Below are positions 30,780-38,968 of a stretch of 64,000 bases of DNA, one piece after another. The notes under the pieces were generated by a model that worked only from the letters and a program-made list of their open reading frames with translations, did no database searches and had not been told where the DNA came from. Origin of the DNA: Candidatus Staskawiczbacteria bacterium (lineage in GTDB: Bacteria > Patescibacteriota > Minisyncoccia > Minisyncoccales > Staskawiczbacteraceae); the NCBI GenBank assembly GCA_023245155.1, contig JAHFKV010000001.1, positions 527,323 to 591,322 of the forward strand. The letters run 5' to 3'. Both the position numbers and the translations under genes were made by a program. The first letter of the stretch is position 1. Every line of letters starts with the position of its first letter.

Positions 30780-31823
30780 TTACCCATGCTTAATTTCTAT
30801 AACATCTCCATCCTTTACCACATACTCTTTTCCTTCTGTTCTAATTAAGCCAGTTTCGCGAGCCTTTCCATAACTTCCCGCTTTCAATAAATCCTCCCAA
30901 AAAATGACTTCTGCTTTAATAAATGTTTTTTCAAAGTCACTGTGAATCGCCCCACCAGCCTGCGGAGCTTTGTCGCCTTTGTGAATGGTCCAGGCACGTG
31001 TTTCATCTTCTCCGGTGGTCAAAAAAGTTAACAGCCCCAACAGTTCATAAGACTTTCTAATCAACGCATCTAATCCCGATTCTGCTGGCAAACCCAACCC
31101 GATCCTTTCCTCTTTGGTAAATGCCGCTGATTCATATTCTTCGGCAATGTTCATAGCTAGCGTATTTTGCGGTGCATTTGGCCAATGCTGGTCGGCATCC
31201 GCTTGTGTTCCATTTAACACATATAACCTTGGCTTGAGTGTAAGTAGTTGGAAATTTTTTAGTATTGCTATTTCATCTGTAGTCCAAGATTGTTCAACCA
31301 ATAATTTTTGCTGTTTCAAGCATTCAATCGCTTTGTTTACCGCCGCAGTTTCTTTAGCATCTTTTGTTTTATATTTTTCAAGCGTTTCCAAATCTTTCAA
31401 AATTAATTCCACATCCAAAATTTCTTTGTCACGCAGTGGATTAATATCATTTTGGGTATTAATAATATCATCATTTTTAAACGCACGCAGAATATACACA
31501 ATGGCGTCGGTTTCTCTGATATTCGCCAAAAATTTATTGCCCAAACCCTCGCCTTCACTGGCACCTTTCACCAACCCCGCAATGTCCACAAATTCCACCG
31601 TGGCAAAAATCTTTTTGCCTGCCTGCCGATGAGGCAGGGCTGATTTATTCGAAAATTCCCAAAGCTTCTCAACCCTTTCGTCGGGAACCAAAACAACCCC
31701 AACATTAGGGTCAATGGTTGCAAAAGGGTAGTTGGCAATCAACACCTCCTTTTTAGTTAAGGTTTTAAATAACGTAGATTTGCCCACATTGGGCAGCCCC
31801 ACGATTGCGATACTTAGTGCCAT
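30780..31823 (-). CDS. ychF: Ribosome-binding ATPase YchF (Obg-family GTPase)
   Basis: IVGLPNVGKSTLF G1 motif, TGS C-terminal domain, ~347 aa. Confidence 0.9.
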   Translation of the reverse strand: MALSIAIVGLPNVGKSTLFKTLTKKEVLIANYPFATIDPNVGVVLVPDERVEKLWEFSNKSALPHRQAGKKIFATVEFVDIAGLVKGASEGEGLGNKFLANIRETDAIVYILRAFKNDDIINTQNDINPLRDKEILDVELILKDLETLEKYKTKDAKETAAVNKAIECLKQQKLLVEQSWTTDEIAILKNFQLLTLKPRLYVLNGTQADADQHWPNAPQNTLAMNIAEEYESAAFTKEERIGLGLPAESGLDALIRKSYELLGLLTFLTTGEDETRAWTIHKGDKAPQAGGAIHSDFEKTFIKAEVIFWEDLLKAGSYGKARETGLIRTEGKEYVVKDGDVIEIKHG

Positions 31824-31858
31824 AGCGTGATAGTACTATCATTTAATCGCATTTTCAA
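31824..31858 (-). promoter_or_regulatory. Promoter TTGAAA-17-TACTAT-6nt-AUG (leaderless layout) for ychF
   Basis: Plus tttcaa 31853-31858, atagta 31830-31835, six nt (CACGCT) then the ATG at 31823: TSS predicted at the A of AUG. Confidence 0.5.
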
Positions 31859-31867
31859 GAAAGAACA

Positions 31868-31905
31868 ATCACACCGCGCCACCCCCCCCTGGAGGAGGTG
31901 GCGTT
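31868..31905. terminator. GC hairpin CGCCACC..GGTGGCG with T-rich tail (orientation ambiguous)
   Basis: Perfect terminator shape on the plus strand, where no plus gene exists upstream; weaker on the minus strand after the Cys-rich protein gene. Confidence 0.3.
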
Positions 31906-31912
31906 TTTCTTT

Positions 31913-33070
31913 TTAATTAAACACTTTATAATAATCTGTTACCGTTTGGGTACACACATTTTGTAAATCAGAAGAAATGGATGTGCACAATTGTAAAGCT
32001 TGTTTGTCTGAATGGAAGTAAGAAACAAAATCTTTGGCCGCTCCAATAATACAATCTGATTCCTGTTCAAAGTTCTGGCCTAATTCACAAGTTTTTTTAG
32101 TAACAGTAATATTGCTATTACTTCTGCCGGAAGCGTCCCGTCCCAGGCTTTGATAGCAACTGGCGCGGTAAGCTTCGGGAGCCTGGCCGCACAAAACAAA
32201 CACTTTTGTAAAATCACCGCTACTCACTTTAAGCATGTATGACGTTTGCATTAAAAAACACGTGCTTTTGTATTGTTCAGGAGCATCGGTGCAAGGATAC
32301 AAAGGCTGGTCCGGTTTTAAATATTTAGTGAAATGATTCTTATTATCAACAATCACATTTTCCATAAATACCCCGCTGGCACATGACTGCTGTTCCCAAG
32401 AACCGGTTAACTTATCGCATAATGAAAGTGATTGGAATAATTCATCCCCCGTCAACTCCATGATTCCATGACCCACTCCGTGCACGCAGTTATAATAATC
32501 AAATGAATACTGTTCTTTGCCGGTAATCCCAGAACAGATATCGTCAAGACTGTTAAACATTTTAGTGGTGCCCAGCTTTTCGGCAATTCCTTCAATGACG
32601 CCATGGTAATACCCCGACCAACAAAAGCTGTCGCCATGGGTGTATGCTTCGCTAACGGTGGGATATTTTTCTACGGCTGCGCTTCCAATGATGTGCGCCA
32701 AAGGATGGCATAGGGAAACTACATAACCATCCTTATTATACCTGGCACGTAAGTCCGCAAAAGCTGCTGTAATGCTCTGGTTCTTTACTAATTGCGTATA
32801 GTATTTCTGGTAACAATAAAAGTTTCCTTTATCGGCGCTTTTTTGGCAAATATCAGGCAAAACCGCGGTTTGGGCAGCTGAACCGGCGGTTACGTCATCA
32901 GACCTGCCAGCTTGGGGATCTTGCACTTCCTTGGCACTTTGGTTAATAAAATTGTCAGCCGAAAGAGGAGCGGCCTTAGAAACTTTTGGAATGGTACGCG
33001 ACTGCACTAAAAAATAAATCGCACCAATGATAAAAATTAACGTTAATAAGAATAGGACTTTTTTATTCAT
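31913..33070 (-). CDS. Secreted Cys/His-rich hypothetical protein
   Basis: Signal/TM start MNKKVLFLLTLIFIIGAIYFL, ~24 Cys, repeated HG.GHG and CxxxC spacings; start set at internal Met (33070). Confidence 0.5.
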   Translation of the reverse strand: MNKKVLFLLTLIFIIGAIYFLVQSRTIPKVSKAAPLSADNFINQSAKEVQDPQAGRSDDVTAGSAAQTAVLPDICQKSADKGNFYCYQKYYTQLVKNQSITAAFADLRARYNKDGYVVSLCHPLAHIIGSAAVEKYPTVSEAYTHGDSFCWSGYYHGVIEGIAEKLGTTKMFNSLDDICSGITGKEQYSFDYYNCVHGVGHGIMELTGDELFQSLSLCDKLTGSWEQQSCASGVFMENVIVDNKNHFTKYLKPDQPLYPCTDAPEQYKSTCFLMQTSYMLKVSSGDFTKVFVLCGQAPEAYRASCYQSLGRDASGRSNSNITVTKKTCELGQNFEQESDCIIGAAKDFVSYFHSDKQALQLCTSISSDLQNVCTQTVTDYYKVFN

Positions 33071-33072
33071 CC

Positions 33073-33468
33073 TTATAATAGCTGGGTACAAAAACCACAA
33101 CGTTTAGCTTCAAGAGGAATTTCGCTTAAACACTGCGGGCACTTTTTAGTGTTAGGCATAGCCGGTTTTTTGCGCACTAATGCATTCATGGGTAAGATGA
33201 CAAAAAAGTAAATGGAAAAGGCAACAAGAAAAAAAGAAACCAGGGCGTTAATCAGCTCGCCATACATAAACTTACTGCCATTTACTGTAAAAAACATACC
33301 AGAAAAATCCGGTACTTTAGCAAGGGCGGCAATCAGCGGTGTTAGTAAATCTTTTACTAACGCGTTCACCACGCTGCTAAAGGCAGCTCCGATGACAACT
33401 CCCACTGCCAAATCAACCGCGTTCCCCCGCAAAATGAAATTTTTAAACCCGAGAAAAATATCTTTCAT
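33073..33468 (-). CDS. mscL: Large-conductance mechanosensitive channel MscL with C-terminal zinc-ribbon extension
   Basis: MscL signature FKNFILRGNAVDLAVGVVIGAAF, two TM helices, then CPQC..(x12)..CGFC at the C-terminus. Start at MKDIF (33468). Confidence 0.75.
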   Translation of the reverse strand: MKDIFLGFKNFILRGNAVDLAVGVVIGAAFSSVVNALVKDLLTPLIAALAKVPDFSGMFFTVNGSKFMYGELINALVSFFLVAFSIYFFVILPMNALVRKKPAMPNTKKCPQCLSEIPLEAKRCGFCTQLL

Positions 33469-33522
33469 AAAATAAATTAATGCTTGAAAATAATAAAAAT
33501 ATAGTATATTATAGCATCCAAT

Positions 33523-33593
33523 GGGCCCTTGGTATATCGGTAACACACCTCATTTGCAATGAGGAGCGGCGGGTTCGACTCCCGCAGGGTCCA
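33523..33593 (+). tRNA. tRNA-Cys (anticodon GCA)
   Basis: GGGCCCT acceptor pairing AGGGTCC, anticodon stem CCTCA/TGAGG with loop TTTGCAA, T-arm GGCGGGTTCGACTCCCGC. Confidence 0.85.
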
Positions 33594-33595
33594 CA

Positions 33596-34048
33596 TTATA
33601 CGATCCTCAACACTTTTATTATTACTTTTTTGGCGCCGGCAGTGTAATCAAATGTATCGCCGGTTTTTTTTCCCATTAATTTTTGTCCAAATGGCGATTC
33701 GTATGAAATTTTATTTTTCAAAATGTCAGCTTCGGTTGGCGATGTAATCTGATATTCTTCTTCTTTACCGGCAAACAGCATTTTCACCCTTGAGCCAATC
33801 TGGATTTTTCCGTCTTCTACTTTATCTTTAATGACTGCAACGCTAATAGCATTTTCCAGTTGTTCAATCCTGCCCAGTAAAAAACTTTTCATGTTGCGGG
33901 CTTCGTGGTATGCCGAATTTTCTTTCAAATCACCAAAAGCGGCTGCTTCAGCAATCAACTTAACTATCCGCCTCATTTCAGTGGTTTTTAATTCTTTCAG
34001 TTCATCTTTTAGTTTTTTCAAACCCTCTTTGGTAAAATACTCTGGCAT
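33596..34048 (-). CDS. greA: Transcription elongation factor GreA
   Basis: N-terminal coiled-coil (EGLKKLKDELKELK), C-terminal FKBP-like domain, ~150 aa. ATG at 34048 inside conserved leader cassette copy c. Confidence 0.85.
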   Translation of the reverse strand: MPEYFTKEGLKKLKDELKELKTTEMRRIVKLIAEAAAFGDLKENSAYHEARNMKSFLLGRIEQLENAISVAVIKDKVEDGKIQIGSRVKMLFAGKEEEYQITSPTEADILKNKISYESPFGQKLMGKKTGDTFDYTAGAKKVIIKVLRIV

Positions 34049-34138
34049 GAATTTTGAGCGAAGCGAGAAATTCACTTCAGAAATAAGGCTAAACTATACC
34101 GTTACTTTGAGGGCTTATTTCTGTTGCGACACCTTATA
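34046..34138 (-). repeat. Conserved 5'-UTR cassette, copy c (with 47-nt hairpin insertion in the loop)
   Basis: AAGGTGTCGCAAC[AGAAATAAG...CTTATTTCT]GAAGTGAATTTCTCGCTTCGCTCAAAATTC-ATG. Confidence 0.55.
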
Positions 34139-34194
34139 GTATACTGATTTCTTACAAATTTTCAAGACAAGAAAAAAACCACAGTACAAAGAAA

Positions 34195-34345
34195 GTGGCT
34201 TTGAAATGGAGTCAACGGAGCTCGAACCCGCATTTACCGATCACACCCCTAGTCTCTCGAAAAATGCGAAGACGTCTACTCAGCGCATTGTCTATAACCA
34301 GGGTTAGCAACCAGCATGTCTTTCTCCTTTTAGACGATGGCCCCT
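34195..34345 (-). ncRNA. Candidate ncRNA C2 with tRNA-like 3' end (T-arm + acceptor-like strand), class undetermined
   Basis: Minus-sense ends ..AUGCGGGUUCGAGCUCCGUUGACUCCA: T-stem GCGGG/UCCGU, loop UUCGAGC, then UGACUCC-A. No matching 5' acceptor strand found, so not a canonical tRNA; possibly tmRNA-like or a tRNA-like 3' module. Confidence 0.3.
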
Positions 34346-34468
34346 TAAGAACAAAACTGGAACTGCCAGCTATCCCGCCGATCGGAGCATCTATCCGACA
34401 CAAGGCAGTAAGGGTCGGATTGAATATAGACCGGCAGTCTGGTTTCAAGTTCTGGCAGCTCCAGCGTT
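34346..34468 (-). ncRNA. Candidate small hairpin RNA C1 (~125 nt; SRP-RNA- or 6S-like architecture)
   Basis: Own promoter TTGCAA-16-TAAACT (34474-34501). 5' end GCUGGAGCUGCCAG pairs with 3' end CUGGCAGUUCCAG followed by UUUUGUUCUU. Nested helices CUGCCGGUC/GAUCGGCGG and AUCCGAC/GUCGGAU with internal loops. Confidence 0.4.
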
Positions 34469-34473
34469 TTTCC

Positions 34474-34501
34474 AGTTTAATACTATTAACAAAAATTGCA
34501 A
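34474..34501 (-). promoter_or_regulatory. Promoter TTGCAA-16-TAAACT for ncRNA C1
   Basis: ttgcaa 34496-34501, agttta 34474-34479. Confidence 0.45.
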
Positions 34502-34529
34502 GAGAAAAAACCGCCTGGGCCAAGCGGTT
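34501..34529 (-). terminator. Terminator of the 16S transcription unit (AACCGC-CTGGGCCAA-GCGGTT + U6)
   Basis: Minus-sense hairpin then UUUUUUCUCUU, ~425 nt downstream of 16S 3' end. Confidence 0.6.
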
Positions 34530-34952
34530 CTTAGATGAGTGAGTGTGGACCGAAGTCCACGATGAAACTAACTGGAAAGAACAAAAAATAATGAAATGTC
34601 CCACTGAAAGGAGCCCGGCGTCGCCCAATCGCCGAAGCCATCAATCAGCGGGACCGGAAATATTCTTTGTGATAAAAAAATACTTTCGGTCCCACTGATT
34701 TTCCCTTCCAGAGCGATCATAGCAAAAGCCATGATCCTTGTCAATAACTAACCACCTTTCTGTTTAGTTTCTTAAAGTTGTTCCGAATAGCGGGTTTTCT
34801 GCCGAACCGCGCTAAACGCATATCAGTTATAAGTTACTAACCTTCGCCAAAGCTTCGACCCCCGCTGAGCGGGAGGCGCCTTAGCGAAAATTATTCCGCC
34901 TATAACTTAGTCAACGCTCAATATTCTGGATAAATCCAAAATATTTAAAAAA

Positions 34953-36405
34953 ATGATCCACGAGCAGCTTCCGCTACCCGTGCCTTGTTACGACTTAGCC
35001 CCTCTTACTGAATCTAGCTTAGGACCTGTAAGGGTACTTCGGCTATCCCCAGCTTGCTTGGCTTGACGGGCGGTGAGTACAAGACTCAGGAACGTATTCA
35101 TCGCCACGTAGCTGATTGGCGATTACTAGCAATTCCAGCTTCATGAGGGCGAATTTCAGCCCTCAATCCGAACTGAGACCGGCTTTGGTGGGATTATCCT
35201 CCAGCTTGCGCTTTCGGTCCCATTGTACCGGCCATTGTACCACGTGTGCAGCCCAGGACATCAAGGGCCATGCTGATTTGGCGTCATCCTCACCTTCCTC
35301 CCAATTATCTCGGGCAGTCCCCTGTGACATGTAAAACACAGGGCAAGGGTTGCGTTCGTTACCCGAATTAACGGTACGTCTCAAGACACGAACTGACGAC
35401 AACCATGCAGCACCTGCCCAACTGTCTTGCGAAGTACTACTTTCATAGTATGGTCAGTTGGGTTTCTAGTCCTGGTAAGGTTCTTCGTTTGTTGTCGAAT
35501 TAAGCCACATGGTCCACTGCTTGTGTGAGTCCCCGTCTATTCCTTTGAGTTTTAAACTTGCGTTCGTACTTCCCAGGCGGGATGCTTAACGCGTTAGCTT
35601 CGCCACTGGCAGGGTCGACACTGCCAATAGCCAGCATCCATCGTTTACAGCGTGGACTACAAGGGTATCTAATCCTTTTTGCTCCCCACGCTTTCGTTGT
35701 TCAGTGTCAGGGTCGCCCCAGCAAACTGCCTTCGCTTTTGGTGTTCCCGATGATATCAACGGATTTCACCCCTACTCCATCGGTTCCGTTTGCCTCTAAC
35801 GCCCTCTTAGTCGAGCAGTATTCTAAACAGCTCAAAGGTTAAGCCGATGAGGTTTAATTTAGAACTTACTTGACCACCTACCAACCCTTTACGCCCAATA
35901 AATCCGGGTAACGCTCGGGGATTCTGTATTACCGCTCCTGCTGGCACAGAATTAGGATCCCCTTATTCATCTGGTACAATCAATAACTTTTTCCCAGATA
36001 AAAGATGTTTACACCCCGAAGGGCTTCATCCATCACGAAATGTCGCTCCGTCAGACTTTCGTCCATTGCGGAAGATTCTCGACTGCAGCCTCCCGTAGGA
36101 GTATGGCCCGTGTCGCAGTGCCATTCTTGGGGGTCGCGCTCTCACGCCCCCTACCCGTCATCGCCTTGGTGGGCTTTTACCCCGCCAACAAGCTGATAGG
36201 CCGCGGACCATTCACAAAGCGCATTGCTGCTTTACCCTTGCGGGACTATGGGAAATTACCCCGTCTTTCGACGAGCTGTGCCCCACTTTGCGGTATGTAC
36301 CCACGTGTTACTAAGCCGTTCGCCGGTGCCTTGCGGCCCCTTGACTTGCATGCCGGTATCCACATTTCCAGCGTTCACCCTGAGCTAGGATCAAACTCTC
36401 AAAAT
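34953..36405 (-). rRNA. rrs: 16S ribosomal RNA (3' tail without canonical anti-Shine-Dalgarno)
   Basis: 5' ..AGAGTTTGATCCTAGCTCAGGGTGAACGCTGG; 530 loop, 1390-1400 region (GTACACACCGCCCGTCA) and 1492 region (AAGTCGTAACAAGG) present in reverse complement; helix 45 GGAA loop intact. Then GGAUCAUUUUUUUA in place of GGAUCACCUCCUUA. Confidence 0.95.
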
Positions 36406-36902
36406 TGATGCCAGTTGAGTACTGGCAAACTTATTCGAAACAACTTTAAAAAACTAAATGAATAATAGTTTAGTCACAAGCACTTATTTTTGGACACAAT
36501 AAAAAGGTGGGGGTGAGTTGAGTTGTGGAAGAGCCCACGACTAACCCCAAGTTAGCATTGGATCTCTGATAATCAGCCTCAACCCACCCTTTTCCCTGAA
36601 AATTCAGGGACAGGTTGTCTAGGCTTGCGCCCAGCAACTTTTAAGTTGGTCCCGTCCATCCAACTTCAAAGTTGCTTCTCCACGAGAGACAACAACCTGT
36701 CCTTGACTTAATGTTCAAAAATAAGTGCTTGGTGTTCACTATTATTCTAGTTACTTACCTTCCCCAACACAAGGATGGTTTTCTCGTATTGGGATGCCAT
36801 ATTCAGTTATCAAGTTACTCTCCATAAAAATATCCACGACAATATCCGGAAGATACTCTCGTGGATACTCTCAAAATTAAGTTGTAATCTTATGTGTAAG
36901 TG

Positions 36903-36931
36903 TATTCTAGCTGAAACAAAATGAATGTCAA
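36903..36931 (-). promoter_or_regulatory. 16S promoter TTGACA-16-TAGAAT
   Basis: tgtcaa at 36926-36931, attcta at 36903-36908; ~490-nt structured leader. Confidence 0.5.
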
Positions 36932-36934
36932 TAC

Positions 36935-37010
36935 CTTGGCTCGCCCGTAGGGCTACGCCCGGGGGAGCCAGCTAAGGGATTCGAACTCGGGACCTATTTA
37001 CCCCGTTAGA
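36935..37010 (-). pseudogene. tRNA-like remnant / non-canonical tRNA
   Basis: GGTCCCGAGTTCGAATCCC T-loop-like block and GGCTCCCCC, but no consistent cloverleaf could be drawn by hand. Confidence 0.2.
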
Positions 37011-37020
37011 AGTGCCTTTG

Positions 37021-37092
37021 AGCCGATGGAGGGATTTGAACCCACGACCTACTGTTTACAAAACAGTTGCTCTGCCGCTGAGCTACATCGGC
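37021..37092 (-). tRNA. tRNA-Thr (anticodon UGU)
   Basis: Acceptor GCCGATG/CATCGGC, D-arm GCTC/GAGC, anticodon stem ACTGT/ACAGT loop TTTGTAA, T-arm GTGGG-TTCAAAT-CCCTC (one T-T mismatch). Confidence 0.8.
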
Positions 37093-37130
37093 ACTTCTAA
37101 CGGGGCTGGCAGCTGCACAAATACACCACC

Positions 37131-37442
37131 TTATTTCTTTCTCTTGTCCAATTCTTGGGCCTTCTTACGCATCCCGTGCAACAACACATCAACTTTCCGT
37201 TCCACTTTTAACACCCAAACCCTGAATTTTGAAAGAAGTTTTTGTAGCCACACCTGTTTATGAAAAAAATCAAAATACAAACTCTTTATTTTTTTTTCTA
37301 TCTGGGCAATGGTTTCATGCTTTTTTAATCCATGATGTCCGTTTTGTGGCAGTTGCACTAACACTGGAATTTTTCTGGCCAAAATAAGGATAAATCCGGC
37401 AGCACTAATTAAAAAAATAATGAATGCAATTAATTGAATCAT
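37131..37442 (-). CDS. Small membrane protein (103 aa), hypothetical
   Basis: N-terminal TM MIQLIAFIIFLISAAGFILILA, basic remainder; preceded by leader cassette copy d. Confidence 0.45.
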   Translation of the reverse strand: MIQLIAFIIFLISAAGFILILARKIPVLVQLPQNGHHGLKKHETIAQIEKKIKSLYFDFFHKQVWLQKLLSKFRVWVLKVERKVDVLLHGMRKKAQELDKRKK

Positions 37443-37492
37443 GAATTTTGAACGAAGTGAGAAGTTCGCAATAGTTGCGACACCTTATTCGA
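37440..37492 (-). repeat. Conserved 5'-UTR cassette, copy d
   Basis: Minus-sense CGAATAAGGTGTCGCAACTATTGCGAACTTCTCACTTCGTTCAAAATTC-ATG. Confidence 0.6.
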
Positions 37493-37496
37493 TTAA

Positions 37497-37946
37497 CTAA
37501 ATTTCGTACCTTACAAACTTTCTGACTTCAATATTTTCTCCGGTTTTAGCCACCGCTTCTTCAATTAAATTCTGAATAGTTTTACCTGCATCTTTCACCC
37601 ACGGTTGAACCAATAACGCTTCCACCGTTTCAGGATTCATAGCGGCAATGTGCAAACAAATTTCATGCGCTAAATTCTTAAAATCAGGATTCTTGGCCAC
37701 AAAGTCAGTTTCGCATCGGATATCCAATAGTACGCCAGACTTGGCATTAGGGTGCACATAAAAATCTATGGCTCCTTCATTGGTTTGACGGCCTCCTTTT
37801 TCTCCGGCCTTGGCTGCTCCCCAGCTTTTCAGTAACTCTTTGGCTTTTTCAAAATCCTGACCCGATTCTTCCAGCGCTTTTTTTATCTTTACCGGCGAGG
37901 CACCGGTTTCATCCCTCAATTTTTTAATGTCTTCAATGCTGGCCAT
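37497..37946 (-). CDS. tsf: Elongation factor Ts (short form)
   Basis: UBA-like N-terminus (IKKLRDETGA..), TDFVAKN signature, 149 aa; downstream of rpsB as usual. Confidence 0.8.
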   Translation of the reverse strand: MASIEDIKKLRDETGASPVKIKKALEESGQDFEKAKELLKSWGAAKAGEKGGRQTNEGAIDFYVHPNAKSGVLLDIRCETDFVAKNPDFKNLAHEICLHIAAMNPETVEALLVQPWVKDAGKTIQNLIEEAVAKTGENIEVRKFVRYEI

Positions 37947-37948
37947 AC

Positions 37949-38638
37949 CTATTTAGTTTGTAAAATAGTCTCTTTTATTTTTTCTAAAATATAAGCAATA
38001 GAAGAAACGGCATCATCATTAGCGTAAATGGGATAATCAGCCAAGGTTGGATCAATATTGGTGTCTACGATGCCTATAATCTTAATGCCCTTGCGCTTGG
38101 CTTCACGAGCAACCGCAATGTCTTTTTTTAAATCTAAGATTAATATGGCCTCAGGTAACTTGGCCATATTCTTGATACCCTCAAATTTGGTTTTCAATGA
38201 AGTAATTTCCTCGTCAAGAATCATCCGTTCATATTTGGTGTATTTTTCAAATTCACCCTTGGCTTTTTTGGCTTCTAAATCTTTGAAATGGGCTACCCGC
38301 TTTGAAATGGTTTCAAAATTAGTAAAGGTGCCGCCCAGCCAGCGCTCGGTAACATAGGGCATGCCAACTTCTTCGGCTGTTTGCTTGGTCAAAGTTTTCG
38401 CTTGAATTTTCGTGCCCACGAACAGTATGGTTTTGCTTTCGGCAATCAGTTTTGCAATAAATTCCAAGGCGTGGGAAAATTCTTTGGCGGATTTCTCCAT
38501 ATCAATCATGTGGACATTACTTTTCACACCCGCCACAAACGGTTTCATTTTAGGATGAAGCTTAGAAACGGTGTGGCCGAAATTCACTCCGGCTTTTGCC
38601 ATATCATCTACGTTTAATTTTGCGGTGGTTTCTGCCAT
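37949..38638 (-). CDS. rpsB: 30S ribosomal protein S2
   Basis: Conserved S2 blocks (GVHFGH-like GVNFGH, FVGTK, RWLGG, IVDTN), 229 aa. Confidence 0.9.
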   Translation of the reverse strand: MAETTAKLNVDDMAKAGVNFGHTVSKLHPKMKPFVAGVKSNVHMIDMEKSAKEFSHALEFIAKLIAESKTILFVGTKIQAKTLTKQTAEEVGMPYVTERWLGGTFTNFETISKRVAHFKDLEAKKAKGEFEKYTKYERMILDEEITSLKTKFEGIKNMAKLPEAILILDLKKDIAVAREAKRKGIKIIGIVDTNIDPTLADYPIYANDDAVSSIAYILEKIKETILQTK

Positions 38639-38640
38639 AG

Positions 38641-38928
38641 TTATTGAGTTTTTCTCTCTTTAACTTTCTTTGCTTTTTTTGGCGTTGATAATTTTTTAGC
38701 GGTCCTATCCATAAATTTTTGCACCCGTCCCACTTTGTCAATCATCTTTTCCTTACCGGTATAAAAAGGGTGGCACTTGGCGCAAATTTCCGTTTCAATG
38801 TGTTCTTTAGTGGAGCCAACAAAAAACTTGTTACCGCAAGCGCAGGTAACAGAAGCTTTTGCAAAATATTTTGGATGGATATCAACTTTCATGTCTGTTA
38901 TATTACACGATAAATCAAATATTATCAA
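38641..38928 (-). CDS. rpmE: 50S ribosomal protein L31
   Basis: HPKY.., CxxC..CHPFYTGK zinc-ribbon L31 signature. Confidence 0.85.
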   Translation of the reverse strand: MIIFDLSCNITDMKVDIHPKYFAKASVTCACGNKFFVGSTKEHIETEICAKCHPFYTGKEKMIDKVGRVQKFMDRTAKKLSTPKKAKKVKERKTQ

Positions 38929-38968
38929 GTCTCTACCCTAAAGTCAATACATATGATACAGTAGTCCA

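Noticed and set aside
34195-34345. Calling this element tmRNA or a standard tRNA
   Set aside because: A good T-arm and acceptor-like 3' strand exist, but no complementary 5' acceptor strand (GGAGUCA or wobble variants) and no tag-peptide reading frame were found; left as an unclassified tRNA-like ncRNA.
34877-34952. A 76-nt intervening sequence in 16S that would restore the anti-SD (joining GGAUCA to CCUCCC at 34871)
   Set aside because: No group I/II intron features, too short for a self-splicing intron, and an RNase-III-type IVS at this site would detach the tail; the GGAGG at 34871 is more simply part of a trailer hairpin (CCCGCUCAGCGGG). Kept only as the main way the anti-SD-loss claim could be refuted.
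34195-36408. ORFs 34195..34542, 34212..34628, 35116..35334, 35163..35402, 35558..35842, 36005..36196, 36040..36408
   Set aside because: Overlap the 16S gene or its trailer ncRNA region; GC-rich, Arg/Ser/Cys-biased translations typical of rRNA read as protein.
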